From Octopus bimaculoides (Eukaryota): a stretch of DNA of 64,000 nt. The stretch is taken from assembly GCF_001194135.2 (NCBI RefSeq), contig NC_068986.1, positions 6,488,788 to 6,552,787 of the forward strand, read 5' to 3'. The position numbers and the translations under genes are program-made. Shown piece by piece: positions 1 to 14,481 of this stretch (position 1 is the first letter of the stretch; each line of letters begins with the position of its first letter). The notes beneath the pieces were generated by a model that searched no databases, was not told where the DNA came from, and worked only from the letters and a program-made list of their open reading frames with translations.

Positions 1-1695
1 ACACACATTATTAGATATTGACTCAGGAAACATTACTTTTAAAAAAAGCCATAAGCAAAAACAAAGCAAGTAGAAACAGACTTAACTCTGCTCTAACCCA
101 ATGAACATCATTCAGTTGCTTTACTCGTAAATGTTTATTCATTGTGTTGGTGATGGTAATCAATAGTTTAAATGGTTTTATTTAGAAATGAATATTATAT
201 TGCTTGTTGCAAGTTTATACCTGAAGCTGTTATTGTAATCTTAAGCAAACTTGTAGACTACTGCAAATGAATAACTGACTTCTATTTTAGAATCTACATA
301 TTACTTTCAACTTCCCCTATCTTTGAATATTTCTTTGTAATTAACCATAACTGTTTGTAATAAGTTACATTTATTAAAAGAAAGTTAAATAGATATCTTT
401 TTTTTTCTTTCTGTGATGACATTTCTTGACATTTTATAACTGCTGAAATTGTTGCTATTTAGTGAAATAAAGCTATAGATATGATATAGCAGTTGTTTAA
501 CCCTAGGGCAATTCTGATTTAGCAAACCTATGATCAGTTATTCAAGCTATGATAGTGTATTGTCTTAGGGGATATACAAAAATACATTATTGAATGTGTC
601 CTTTCTCAGTACAATATTTTGATTTGAAGGTGGTTTGGTTGCTATATCTAGGCTGCATGATCATGTAGAACAAGAGTAGAGAGCATATTTAGTATCAGGA
701 GTGAATTGTAAGTGCAAAACAACTTGTGGTTGTACATTTGGTCAGACATTATCTCAAGCATGAAGGATAACTTTATGCATTGACTGCCTGCAAACTTCCC
801 TGCCTCACAAACTAGAGCCAATCCTTTTGATCCCATGCCAAAAGCATTCTTAAGTCACTTCTAGTAAAAGCACATCTTCAACATAGTTGCATCTGCATGT
901 CAGTGACTGACCCTTCTCTTCAGGGCCAGAAGATGCTTCAGCTGTCAATAATTATTGGTACTTTCTAAAGTTATGGCGATTACTGAAATGAAACATTGCT
1001 CTAACATCTGGGATGATGGTGTTATTGTTGCATACACACACATAACAGACTGCATCATGAAAAGGCCTGTCTATTGGATTGGCATAAACTCACTCAGACA
1101 TGCACCACTTTTGACCCTCTGAACTGTGCTGTCTCCTCCCTCTGTCTTTTCTACTGCACCTTGGAGCTAGCTGAGCTTATGTGACTTCTACTCAAGCGTT
1201 CTTGTCTGACTTGTCTCTCTAATTTTCCTTGTTGTATCTGTCTCCCCTCCAGACCCCATACTTGGTCATTCCTTACTATAATTTCCTTCCTGTTCATATC
1301 TCTCCTGTGGGCATTACTTACAAAGTTTCACAAGGAACAAGAGTTGCAAAGGCCATGTTGCTGTTCTCCTTCCTCCAGACCTGATAAGTAAAATTTAAAA
1401 AATGCAGAATTGTCCCCACACACTGCTTCTCATTCATGTTGAGTGTATTAGCAGTATTCCCATGGAGTAAAATTTACTGTCTGCTTTACGGACAGCTTCA
1501 CTATTGTACTGGTTGAACTTCCAACTTATCGTTAATAATTACTGGCACTTCAAATACTATGCACTTTGGGGGATAAAGTAATAAAATTAAAAGCTTGAAC
1601 GAGTCCTCAGGATTCTTTTATGTTTAAACATTATTGCATACAAGCGGTAACAATATCAGATAATTATTGCAGAATTATTATCATTAACAATATTA

Positions 1696-1906
1696 AACCT
1701 TTCTACTATAGATACAAGGCCTGAAATTTGTGGGGAGATTACTTGATTACATTGATTTCAGTGCTTAGTTGGTACCTATTTCATTGACCCTGAAAAGATG
1801 AATGGTAGTCAGCCTCAGCAGAATTTGAATTCAGAATGTAAATAGCTGGAAGAAATGTCATTAAGTATTTTGTCTCGTGTGCTATAATGGTTCTGCCAGC
1901 TCACCT
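1696..1906 (-). mobile_element. SINE family B copy
   Basis: ctttctactatag...gcagaatttgaa...ttctgccagctcacc. Confidence 0.8.
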
Positions 1907-2995
1907 GAGTATTGTCTGCATGTGTAAGAATTTTCTTAATCATATAAAACATAAACTTTATCCTTGAATAGGATGAAAAAGATGGGGAAATATTTTGTGG
2001 GGTTAATGGATTGAGATGTCAGGAGTGCACATTACACATGAGAACTAAACATTAACCTACTTTGCCCCACCTCGAATGCATGGCTATATTCTTGACAGCA
2101 TAACTGGGAGTAAGTTTTATTCATTATCCAAGAAATATAATGAAAAGTTTAAATTTCGATAATAATGTTATTTTTTGCTATGGTAATATGCCTGTAATTA
2201 TAGTTAAGTCACATTTTTTTCTCGAGGGGAATTTAAAAAAATATTAAAAAAACATGATTTAACTTTTGAATTGTACTGTAGTTTTGAAATTCATATCTTT
2301 CACTAACATATACACACGCATACTCCAACAAGTAAACGATTTTGTGTGCAGAGCAGCTTGAGCAGCAGGGACAACAAATCTGGTTTTCCATTCATTATAA
2401 TACTAAAGTCAGGGCATCTTATACATGACTTTTCTTTAGAGACTTCATTTCCCATAATTAGGTGTACTTGTTTTGCATAAGTGCATATTATGCATGAATA
2501 CAGGATTTAAAACAGTGTGGATAGTTTTATGCAGTACAAACTTAGCCTTTATATTAAGGAGTGTTAGCATTTTTCATATAACAAATCAATGAACAGTTTG
2601 TTATAGGATTTGATAATTATCTCAAAAATTTTTGATTCATTATATAACTTTTTATAATGTAACAATATAGAGAAGGAAGATGTCTGTGAATAGATAAATA
2701 CATAGAAGTCTTGTTAAAATCTTTTCTGTCAAAGTTTTGCCTGTTCTCAGATTAACAATCATTAGATAATGGATTCCTCTTGTAATTAAACATTTCCATT
2801 TATGAATATTGTCATTCTGACCCTAGAAATAATGTATAATTAATTAGTTTAGAAGTAACTTGGGAAAGCTTATAAATTAAAACTTCTGCAATAATTAAAA
2901 AGCAATCATATAATCACTATTTTTGGTGATGAGTTTAAATTTTTATATTGGTGACCAAATGATGAAACCATTCTAAAGGAATTATTTTTGAAATA

Positions 2996-3333
2996 AATGT
3001 TTTCCAAACTTCTTACTCTCTGGTAATCCTTGAAATGCATTCAATGTGTCAGAGTACACCTTTGTAAAAACTACCACATACCTTTTATTAATACTTTACA
3101 TTATCTTTCTTTGAGTTAAATTCCATATATGATTAAACAAACCATAAAACTGTCTTTGAAAAATTTGACTACTAAATCCATTTAATGCATGAAGAAAGTT
3201 CAAGAAGCCCAAAACCTTGTAGAGATTAGTAGTTCCCTACTAAGAGGTCATTTGATACTAATATTTTTAATATAATTCATTGATCTTTCATGAAAATCTA
3301 GGTTTCTAGGAAATCTTGGTTGGGGAAACACTG
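2996..3333. mobile_element. Possible hAT (Charlie-like) MITE
   Basis: Right end gttggggaaacactg; degraded left end aatgttttccaaact; no clear 8-bp TSD. Confidence 0.35.
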
Positions 3334-4766
3334 CTCAAAATCATATAAATTCATTGAAAAGTATTAAGTAGAAATTAACATTGTATTTCTCTTATCTAAT
3401 AACAAATTTCATTGAACATCAGTAGAAAAACATAGTGGATAAGGATTTACAATCACAGAAATTTTTACCTGATGAACAATATGAAATATGAAGTTAGTTA
3501 CTGGAATATCGACTGTTACTTGTAAGAGTGGCCTATTACCAGTCATTAGATCATTGGCTAGAATGTCTACAGTATTTGTTCAGGTTCTTTGCACTCCTGA
3601 GTTCTAAGACTGTTCAGGTCAACTTTGCTTTTCATCCTTTCGATGTTCATAAATTAGCAATTTAGGATGGATTGATGGAGTATTATTAATTAATCTATTG
3701 CTTCTAGGTATGAAATTATATGGGAACATTCTTTCTATAATGATTGCAATACATTGCCAACATGTATTAAACCAATTTTTGTTTGAGTCTATTGCAGAGT
3801 TTTAGTGTTGTAATAATTGTGTTTACACATTCTAATCCTAAAATTAATGTTGGTATTTTGTGGTTTGAGAAGAATTCTTTTATAATGATGGATATATTTC
3901 AACCAATCATTTTCATTGGTGCAGCTTTATAATGTTCTTATATCTAGGTTGTTTTAAATACCAAAGCTACCTTAAATCTACGTATGATGATGTAACAAAA
4001 TAATTCTAATGTACATGTATTTTATATTTATCTTATTTGCCCTGTGCCTGCCCATTTACTCTCAAATGGGTTTGATAGTGTTAAGTATTCATTTGTATCT
4101 TAATCTAAATAGTATCATTCACCGAGTTTAATACTCTTGAGCAAGACACAGATGTCAGAACAATAGTGCTTTATATGTAATTAAAAACATTAGACCGTTT
4201 GTAAACAAATCAGTAATTTAAGATTGTCTAGTGTTTGCTTATTTTTGTAGTTTAACTGGAACAGTTATTTGCTTGTAAAATTGAAAATGTTTACATCTTT
4301 GCCTTTTCTGTTACTGTTAAAGTGGCTGGTTCCATGCCACCTCTACTTGGGCAGTCTTGTCTCCTACTCTTGTCATACGAACCACTATGTCCAGTCTTTC
4401 CTCTCCAGAGAATCAGCCTCCTGAAATTTTCTTCATTCTCCCATTTTTGCTGTAGCTTATTGACTTGCAAACTCTTCAAGTTAAATATTGACTAGCTTCA
4501 GTCTCACTGGTCTCTTTGGGTCTGGAAAGCCATGAGTACAACTCTTTCCTCTAGTTTAAACCAGTAAAAAAATAGTATAAAAGGTCATACTGAAATGAGC
4601 TTCAGTTGTGAAATGTTGACACAAAGTAATTATGACTTGCTATTAGCTGAGTAACTTGTAGGATTTAGTTTGGTGCTTCACTGTCTAAGTTCAGAACTTA
4701 TTAGGGTTAAATTCCATCCTTCTGTAATTTATAAAATCTTTACTGGTAATTTGCTGAGGTCTAGCC

Positions 4767-4900
4767 AGTTGGCTTACATCTATATCTATAAAATTCACTG
4801 TGTGTGTGTTTTCTATGCATGGCCAAACTGCTGGATCAATCTGTACCAAATTTGGCATGAAGATTTTTCATTACTTGAAGAAGGTTCTATCTAGTGTTTT
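4767..4900 (+). mobile_element. Helitron-like non-autonomous fragment
   Basis: tctatatctataaaa start, (GT)n, then ctggatcaatctgtaccaaatttggcatgaag core recalled from Helitron/HINE-type repeats. Confidence 0.4.
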
Positions 4901-5469
4901 ATAAAAATACCATCTGCCTGAAAAGGAATTCATTTTGCATACTATTTGCATGTTGTTTTTTTAAACAAAATTACAGCTATTATCTGGAATTAGACATTAT
5001 TATTATGTTTAATTACTAGATATTTTCCTTAGTTTTCACCTATTTAAAATGTTTACTGTGCTTGTCACTTGTTTTACAAGTTGATTTTTAGCCTGTGTTC
5101 TTACACCTATTTTGTCTTTATATTTAGGTACATTCATAGTGGAAATATTTTGTATTGTCAATCCAATAGGCCATCATCATTGGGACACTGCTGGAAACGT
5201 TTTACTTCTAGTTTATGACAAATTTGCATTATCTGGCTCTCATTTCAACCAGAATATTAATACTTGACTATTGAGTGTCTATGCTGACAACACATTGAAT
5301 AGACCATTTAATGTCAACTTTTCCATGCACATTTAACATCCACTTCACGCAGAATTTGTTGAGGTAGATTTTCTACAGGTAGATGTCCTTCTTGTTGCCA
5401 ACCCTCAATTTACTTTCAAGTAAAGTGACATTTTCCCTTGTATGATGCTGATGTCAAGACAAGGTACAT

Positions 5470-5509
<40 letters not shown>

Positions 5510-5512
<3 letters not shown>

Positions 5513-5875
5513 ATGGGTTTCTTTCAGTTTCTGCCCACCAAATCCACTTGAGGCTTTTGTGAGCTTGAGGCTATAATAGAATGTGCTTGCCAAGGTACCA
5601 AACAGTGGGGGACACACACACACACACACACACTCTCTCTCTCTTTCTCTCCCTCTCTCTCTCTCTCTCTGTCTCTCTCTATTTCTCTCTCTTTCTTTCT
5701 CTCTCTCTCTTTCTTTCTCTCTCTTTCTCTCTCTCTCCAATTTCTCTCACAGTTTTTTGGTTGGCTCAAAACTATTATAGAAGACACTTTGACCAAGGGG
5801 CCACACAGTGAGACCAAATCGGAGACAATGCAATTACACAATGAATTACTTTAACCACACATCCATGCCTGCATC
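5510..5875 (-). mobile_element. Two partial SINE family A pieces around a (CA)n(CT)n array
   Basis: ctttcagtttct...aaatccac and agaagacactttgaccaagggg motifs. Confidence 0.6.
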
Positions 5876-7144
5876 TACACAACCATGCCTGTGCCTTTTG
5901 GTCACAAAATATCTGAGCTATGCCACAATTAGTTTTTATTTTACTTATATTCTGCTAATTCTTCAAATATCATAAAGTACGCATTTGTTTCTGACAGTTG
6001 AAGTTAACATTCAACAAGTTATTTCATATCTTGATACTATAGTAATGAAATGTTGAGAAAAGGCTGTATTTAACATTTTCTCTTTCTTACATCTCATGTA
6101 TGCATGATGAAATTATTATCTGAATGTTTTCCTGATTGGGTGCCAACATAAATGCTTTAGCCAATGAATAAATAGGAAGTTTCTATGGCTCTTCTCTAAT
6201 CAATATTGGATATATTAGTTGCAGATTGGAATTAATCTTATCTTATTTTGTTTTATTTTTTTATTTTTTTTTTTAGTTCAGTCTGACTAGACCATGTTAA
6301 CGTAGCTTAAAATAATTCATCAGATTATGTGAATAAGTATGGCTGCTGGAGCTATAATAAACCACAATGTCTCTAGTTAACATGCAAAACGTTAGAAGGG
6401 ATGGAAAAAAAAAAACTGTACTAAAACAACAAAAGTTGAGGAAGCTATGTTTCTTATGTAATCATTTGACTATCAGATGAAACACACATACAACTCTTTA
6501 CTTGATCCAATATAAAAGATATAAGTGTAATTTGGATAGCATCCCAAAATATGGCAACAAGTCTAAATATAAATTCTTACAAAAAAAAAAAGTACTTTTG
6601 AAATGCTATATCACTAGTTGTAGAGGTAGTAGGAAGTCGATATGAAAATATGAATGGATATCTTGACTTGGCTATTTCACATAGAAACAAATTTGTACTC
6701 TTCAGATTGGCATAACTAATAGGAATTGATTTTTATGTTTGCTTTAACAACTAATTATTTAAAATTTGTAATTCATGAATATATTTATACATTAATATAA
6801 TTTTAAAGTTACAAAAAAAAAAAAAAAAAAAATGCAATCATATGGTTGCAGGTTCATTCACAATGCATGACACAGTGGGCAAGTATCTTTATCATAACCT
6901 CAGGTTGACTAATGCTTTGTAGAACTTAATAGACAGAAACTATATGGAAGCCCTGTGTGTGTGTGTGTGTGTGTATGAATGTATGTGTTCAATATATACA
7001 TGTGCATACAAGTATGTATGCATTTGTTGTTTATTTACTGTTTATTTATGTCCCTTTACATTAAAATGTAATTTGGGTATTTGATAGAAATGGATAAAAT
7101 AAGAATGAGACTGAAATAAATACATAGATCAGTATGATTGTTCC

Positions 7145-7429
7145 AGCCTTGTGAGTGGATTTGGTAGACGGAAACTGAAAGAAGCCCATTGTGTGTGTAT
7201 AAATATATATTTTTATGTATATATGTGTGTGTCTTTTGTATTTGTCCCCTGCTTGACAAATGGTGTTGGTGTGTTTACATCCCTGTAGCTTAGCGGTTTG
7301 GCGAAGGAGACCAATATAATAAGTACTAAGCTTAAGAAATATGTCCTTGGGTTGATTCATTCAACTAAAAAACTCTTTGAGGCAGTGCTCCAGCATGGCC
7401 ACAGGAAATGACTGAAACAAGTAAAAGAG
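7145..7429 (+). mobile_element. SINE family A, 5-prime truncated copy (5-prime half copy at about 6840-6955)
   Basis: agccttgtgagtggatttggtagacggaaactgaaagaagccc through actgaaacaagtaaaag. Confidence 0.8.
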
Positions 7430-7944
7430 TACACAGTTAATTGATAAAAAAATAGAAGTCCCTCTAGATTCCTGGAGATTTAAATCTTTAGCATTCACAA
7501 TATTTCTGTCAGAAGTAATGCCATTGTTTTGAATTAATCATACATTACCTTGTAACTTTGAGATTTTCATGAGATAACTATTAATTTTTAGAATGATATT
7601 GTAGGGTTGGTGTAAAGAGGCTAGTGTGAACATAAAACTGGTGGAATATTTTGGCCAGATATGACTGGTTTAAACGCTCAAGGGTTGAAGCTAGTTACTG
7701 TATTGCACAAAATAGAATGTTTGACTATACTAGCTGTTACAATTAAAAAGCAGTATGGATCTTTTATTCAGTTGTAGATTGTATTTATGTAGGCGGAAGA
7801 GACTTTTCTTTCCTTTCCTCCTTGACACTATACTTAGTAGCTGCTGGCCAGAAATGGGATGGTGTGTGATGTATAAAGGAAGTGAAAAAAATGATTAGAC
7901 TTCACACATAATCTTCTTTCAAACATGCTTAATCTCTTCCTTAA

Positions 7945-8163
7945 CCCTTTAGCATTCAGATTACTCTGTCAAATGGAATGTTTATTTATTCATATTGGTT
8001 TTAATTAATCGTGCATTATCTCATAGCTTCAAGATTTCCATGATGTGATTGTTCATTTTTAGAATGACATTAAAGGGTAAATATGAGTGGCCAGATCTGG
8101 CCAGTTTGAACATAAACAGGTTGAATATTTGGACTGGATATGGCTGCTTTAAATGCTAAAGGG
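7945..8163. mobile_element. piggyBac-like MITE
   Basis: TTAA-ccctttagcatt ... aatgctaaaggg-TTAA; perfect 12-bp TIR with TTAA TSD. Confidence 0.85.
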
Positions 8164-8363
8164 TTAAACCATTCTTTATTCTACATATGACATTTTAATT
8201 ATGGTCTCTCATATACTCCACACCACAAATGTCTTTTTTTACTCTAGTAACTTGCATTTCATCTCCTCCTCATAACTAACATAAAAAAAGCCTTCCTTCC
8301 CTATTCTAAATTTCAAATGGTAAGATACTACCTCATGAAATGATTTATAACCACACACTGGCA

Positions 8364-8364
<1 letters not shown>

Positions 8365-8430
<66 letters not shown>
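8365..8430. repeat. (GT)n microsatellite running into a gap
   Basis: Direct inspection. Confidence 0.98.
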
Positions 8431-9330
8431 NNNNNNNNNNNNNNNNNNNNNNNNNNNNNNNNNNNNNNNNNNNNNNNNNNNNNNNNNNNNNNNNNNNNNN
8501 NNNNNNNNNNNNNNNNNNNNNNNNNNNNNNNNNNNNNNNNNNNNNNNNNNNNNNNNNNNNNNNNNNNNNNNNNNNNNNNNNNNNNNNNNNNNNNNNNNNN
8601 NNNNNNNNNNNNNNNNNNNNNNNNNNNNNNNNNNNNNNNNNNNNNNNNNNNNNNNNNNNNNNNNNNNNNNNNNNNNNNNNNNNNNNNNNNNNNNNNNNNN
8701 NNNNNNNNNNNNNNNNNNNNNNNNNNNNNNNNNNNNNNNNNNNNNNNNNNNNNNNNNNNNNNNNNNNNNNNNNNNNNNNNNNNNNNNNNNNNNNNNNNNN
8801 NNNNNNNNNNNNNNNNNNNNNNNNNNNNNNNNNNNNNNNNNNNNNNNNNNNNNNNNNNNNNNNNNNNNNNNNNNNNNNNNNNNNNNNNNNNNNNNNNNNN
8901 NNNNNNNNNNNNNNNNNNNNNNNNNNNNNNNNNNNNNNNNNNNNNNNNNNNNNNNNNNNNNNNNNNNNNNNNNNNNNNNNNNNNNNNNNNNNNNNNNNNN
9001 NNNNNNNNNNNNNNNNNNNNNNNNNNNNNNNNNNNNNNNNNNNNNNNNNNNNNNNNNNNNNNNNNNNNNNNNNNNNNNNNNNNNNNNNNNNNNNNNNNNN
9101 NNNNNNNNNNNNNNNNNNNNNNNNNNNNNNNNNNNNNNNNNNNNNNNNNNNNNNNNNNNNNNNNNNNNNNNNNNNNNNNNNNNNNNNNNNNNNNNNNNNN
9201 NNNNNNNNNNNNNNNNNNNNNNNNNNNNNNNNNNNNNNNNNNNNNNNNNNNNNNNNNNNNNNNNNNNNNNNNNNNNNNNNNNNNNNNNNNNNNNNNNNNN
9301 NNNNNNNNNNNNNNNNNNNNNNNNNNNNNN
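8431..9330. other. Assembly gap (largest of 8; others 9987-10371, 24347-24643, 35727-35736, 37136-37300, 39603-40014, 44248-44411, 55305-55561)
   Basis: N runs, mostly flanked by microsatellites or repeats. Confidence 0.99.
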
Positions 9331-9882
9331 AATCGGAATCTCCATAGCCTAAAACGTGGGATTCCGTAAAAAAAAATTAATAAATAAGGGGGTGGGGAAA
9401 GGTTCAGATTACATATAGTCCATCTCTACCAAATAAGCATTACATTTGACAGAGTAGTCTGAATGCTAAAGTGTTAAGGCTATTTATTCTGAAACTTTTT
9501 TGATGCTTTTGTTTTGAGCTTCTATGAATAATTGTATTTTATAAAATAATAGGTTTAGCCCCCCACCCTTTAAATGTGTCCTTGTCAGATGTCTACTTCA
9601 TTGTGACCTCCCAACATAAAAATGGTCTTCACCACCTCTGTTAGATGTTCTGGCAATTGATGTAAGCTGGCACAACAATACTGTGTAATAGCTGTGTCTG
9701 AGTTTGCTGAAAAAGCTACTTCCAATGTGGTGGATGAGTATGGGCTCTTGACTAAAAGAGCAGTTTGTTGTGAGATAAGTTGCCAATAAGATTCTTGCTA
9801 ATGTGTACATGTAAATACGTAAAAATTTGTTTGCACCAACCAAAGGCTGTTAACATCTTTAACAGTGTTTGCACTTTTGATC

Positions 9883-10371
9883 TCACTCACTCACTCACTC
9901 ACTCACTCACTCACTCACTCACTCACTCACTCACTCACTCGCTCACACACTCGCTCACTCACTCACTCACTCACTCACTCACTCACNNNNNNNNNNNNNN
10001 NNNNNNNNNNNNNNNNNNNNNNNNNNNNNNNNNNNNNNNNNNNNNNNNNNNNNNNNNNNNNNNNNNNNNNNNNNNNNNNNNNNNNNNNNNNNNNNNNNNN
10101 NNNNNNNNNNNNNNNNNNNNNNNNNNNNNNNNNNNNNNNNNNNNNNNNNNNNNNNNNNNNNNNNNNNNNNNNNNNNNNNNNNNNNNNNNNNNNNNNNNNN
10201 NNNNNNNNNNNNNNNNNNNNNNNNNNNNNNNNNNNNNNNNNNNNNNNNNNNNNNNNNNNNNNNNNNNNNNNNNNNNNNNNNNNNNNNNNNNNNNNNNNNN
10301 NNNNNNNNNNNNNNNNNNNNNNNNNNNNNNNNNNNNNNNNNNNNNNNNNNNNNNNNNNNNNNNNNNNNNNN

Positions 10372-10418
<47 letters not shown>
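9883..10418. repeat. (CACT)n, gap, then (CT)n microsatellites
   Basis: Direct inspection. Confidence 0.95.
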
Positions 10419-10420
<2 letters not shown>

Positions 10421-11344
10421 AATATTTGAAGCCTAACCATAAATTATTGTAAGTTCCACACAAATGGCTCTTAGCATTCCAGCATTAAAATGTATAACAA
10501 ACAAAACTTGACTACAATTGCACAAAAGTTCTGGGGAGAATTAGCAAATACTATTGCCAAGAATGGTGTACAAGTAATTCCTCAAATCTTGTCTTTGGCA
10601 ACATGACAGTTCTAATAATAATGATGGTAATTTTTAATGGATAGAAACCAAATTTTTGACACATAATTATGACAAAAATTTGCTAAAAATTGTCTTGGAA
10701 ATGAGGGTATCTAAATATGAAGAATGTTGTTCTAATTTTTGTAATTGGTTTTCCAGCTGTCTTCAGAAGAACCAGGCCAATAAAGTACTAAGTTTAGTTG
10801 GGACAAGAAGACATGGGAGTCCATGATCACTGATGCCTGTATACAGTGAACAAAAAAGAGCCATTTCATGGACTTTTGTAAACAGTTTAGACTTTCTTGG
10901 GAAAAGCAGGCATGTAAGAGCATGGACATTTTTCTCAATTATAATTTTGTCAAGAATCCATTTTTGACCTCCAAATTAGCGTATTTTGAAGATTTGAGCA
11001 GTTTTTTTTTTTTTTTTTTTTTTTTATTCTGACACTTTGTGGACTGCAGTTTGACAAATTAAAGGGAAATTGAACAGACAAATATATCTGGATTTCACAT
11101 TGAAGTTATTCAGTAGTTTAGCACAAAAGCCAACACTTTGTAATAAGTGTATAATCTATTTTTTCTTTTGTACTGTAGTAACATAAACAAGCTATACAGG
11201 TAGGCAGAAAAAGACAAACTCTGATGTTTATATCAGTCGTCGTAAGAGAGAAATTCAATTCAAATGTATCTCTAGTAATTTTGAAAGAAGAATGTTGCAG
11301 TTGGATGGTTGTAGTTATTTGTAACAGTTTTTACAAAAAGAATG

Positions 11345-11700
11345 CATGTGGCTGAAAAGCTTGCTTCCCAACCACATAGTTCTGGGTTCTGTTCCACTGT
11401 GTGGTACCTTGGGCAAGTGTCTTCTACAATAGCCTTGGAGTGACCAAAGCTTTGTGAGTGGATTTGGTCAACAAAAATTTTAAAAGCCCATCATATGTAT
11501 GTGTGTCTCTTTGTGTTTGTCCCTCCACCGTCACTTGATAACCACTGTTGTTGTGTTTACATCCCCATAACTTATCAGTTTGGCAAAAGAGACTAATAGA
11601 ATAAGTCCTGCGGTCAATTTCTTTGACTAAAAAAATCCTTTTACGGCAGTTCTCTAACATGGCTGCAATCAGAATGACTGAAACAAGTTAAAAAAAAAAA
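11345..11700 (+). mobile_element. SINE family A copy
   Basis: Same head, core and tail, ending gactgaaacaagtt-An. Confidence 0.85.
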
Positions 11701-14084
11701 AAAGAATCAAATGATACCATTAAACAGCAAGTAGAATATTAGAATAGAATGCTTCTTGTAATTCCTGCAGAACAGGACTTTTGAAATAGAATTGGGTTTA
11801 TATTTTGTTTGTACTGGTACAGACAATGATGATGATAGTCACTCACTTAATATTGGTAAAATGCTTCAATTCTTTATAACTCTAGGATAAAAATTCAGTT
11901 AGTTTATCATTGTTGGTTTCTCATGAATAACATGTGTACAGAATATAAGAAATTGGTCTACTTAATTATTAGACTAATGTAATCATGGATTTAATTTTAA
12001 CCAAGTATTTTTTTTATCATAACTTGGTCAAGAATATTGTTATGATAGTGTTTAAGAGCTTGTTGACAGTGTCTTTCTAAAGTGTCGTGATGTTGTGTAT
12101 GTTAAATTAAATTTAAAGAATAAAAGTAGCTGATCACAGGAAGTTCAGATTTTTTGGCATTCAGCCAGTATTTTGAGAACCATAATATGAAAGATCACAT
12201 CTATGTTAAACATTATCAAAGTATCTGGGCTGGCCTTTATCTGCTCATTTGAACAGTCCTAAATTGGATCAGCATTACACTGACCATGCACAAGTTACTA
12301 GGTTATACATGGGACCCCATCGAGGCGAATGAGAACAATGGGCTTGTTCAACTTGATGAATCTGGTTTGGGGAGTAGATTTCACCAAATTTTAGGACAAA
12401 CTCTCTAATAGCATCAAAAAATATCTTCAATGTTTCTACAGTTACAAAAAAAAAAAAAAATAGAAAAAGAATTTGAATAAAATCCACACTTGAACCCCTT
12501 TTCTTCCTTTGAATGGATAAAATCATTTTGTTTTCCTCTGAAATTTTCAAGCCATTTTTTCATGGTAAGATTTTGGCACTTCCCACACCGTTAATTTGTG
12601 CATATATTCAAACTTCTAAATGCCATTAAATTCCTTAAAAGTGAACTTTTGGGCTACTGTTTTTTTTTTTGTTTTTTTTCCTCTTTTGGTGATAGCTCAG
12701 ATATTTATTGTAGTTTTCAGAAATTACAACATAACATACAATTGGAGACCTTCAGTGTTTTGAAATGTCCAGCCTTGGGCACTCATTGCTGTAGGTGTTG
12801 CACATGGGAAAGAGAAAATTGATAAAAGAAAACAAAAACCCTTTTGACATTCCAAAGTGTAGCATTTAGATTCATTGCTTTTCTTTAGAGAATGAAATTT
12901 AAATAATTTACTGTTAGAGCAATTGTGTTTTCTAATAGGATTTTTTTTTAGATTCTATATTTTGCTGCATATGTATACTTTCATTTAGATATACATCTTA
13001 TCCATGCTAGCATAGAATAATGGAAGTAAAATAAACAAACAAAACAAATGATGAAACAATTAAGAGTTAATGCTTTAAAAAATCTTTATAACAGTTTTTC
13101 TTATGAAAATAATATATGCTTTTTTTCTCTACTAAAGACTGATAATATGATTAGAATAAAAAAAAACTGTTACTTTTCTATTCATTGTTGTGTTTGAAAT
13201 TGATCTGTAACTAAGAAGTTAGAATTAATGCACTAAAATACCACTATAGAAAAATGATTTTCTTGTTAGATTTAGATCTTGCTTCAAAGACCAATTATTA
13301 AGGGCTTTTATTTAAGGAACATTAAAATTAACAAGCTTAATCATTCATTGCTTTTACATATCTGACTATTCAATCAATACTAGTTTGGGAAACCAGTAAT
13401 TAAATTTACAGTACTGATGTTAACATAATTATTAATGCTAACGATATGTGGTTAATTTTTTTCTTGCGATACTTCTTACTATTTTTGCATTGGAGAATAG
13501 CTTATGAAGTTTGACTTTTACATGCCAATATTATTTGAGTTTCAAATTGAAATTCAAAGCAACAAAATCACCAGTTTGGTGTGAGGCCTAAAGTTTTATT
13601 TTATTCTTTTAATGGTTTGGTCTGGAGGAAGAAGCTGTATCCTTGGTTTTTGCAGTCTACTCCGAAAGTGGTTATTGTAGCAGTTGTTATTGAACAACTG
13701 TAAGATGATGATTGCAGAGAAAACTTGTACAAGGAACTTCCAGAGGAAGAATGTTGTGGGGAGATAGTATATGAAATGGTTAGTGTAAATTGGGTGTGTG
13801 TGTGGATATAATATGGGTTGTGTGATGAAAGACATTTTATCTTTGACAACTAAAGTAAAATGAAAATATAAATACTCCCAAAATTAAATGCTTGTGCATC
13901 AAATTTGATTGATGTATTATTTTAGTGGTTTAGATTTCTTTGAATACAAGGAATTCCTGGTGAATTATAAAATTGTCTGGATAAGATAGCAATTATATAG
14001 CTAAAGTTAATTTGGCTGAAAACACATACTATGCCAAAACTAGAAAAGCACTCAGAGAGTCAAACCTCCATCAAACCAGAAGGA

Positions 14085-14470
14085 GCAGCACTACGACTAC
14101 GACGACGACCACCATATCACAATCACCACCACAGCTATCCTACCACTATCACCACGACCACAACCACCATCATCAGCAGCATTGTCATTGCTTCCACTTC
14201 AACCACATACACCATCATCAACGTTATCATGACGGTTACCTTGACAATCACTTTCACCACCACAACCAGTATAACCACTACAATACCACCATCACACAAC
14301 TAACACTATTACCACCATCACCTCAGCATCACACATCACACCGCTCCTGTCACCTTTATAACCACCGATACTATTTTATCCTCCTCCCATACTTATCTCA
14401 ACCATCGTCATCAACAACACTGTATCTCTGCGTTCACCACAATCACCGTCAAAACTATGATCACCACAGT
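14085..14470. repeat. Degenerate (ACC/ATC/ACG)n trinucleotide low-complexity tract
   Basis: Direct inspection; explains the His/Thr-rich 175-aa ORF. Confidence 0.85.
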
Positions 14471-14481
14471 CAGTTTCTTTA

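Noticed and set aside
8239-10463. Long ORF-track entries through N runs (also at 24.3, 37.0, 39.6, 44.1 and 55.3 kb)
   Set aside because: Artefacts of untranslatable gaps and microsatellites.
13596-13849. Two overlapping minus-strand ORFs of about 80 aa
   Set aside because: No homology recognised and no coherent splice sites.
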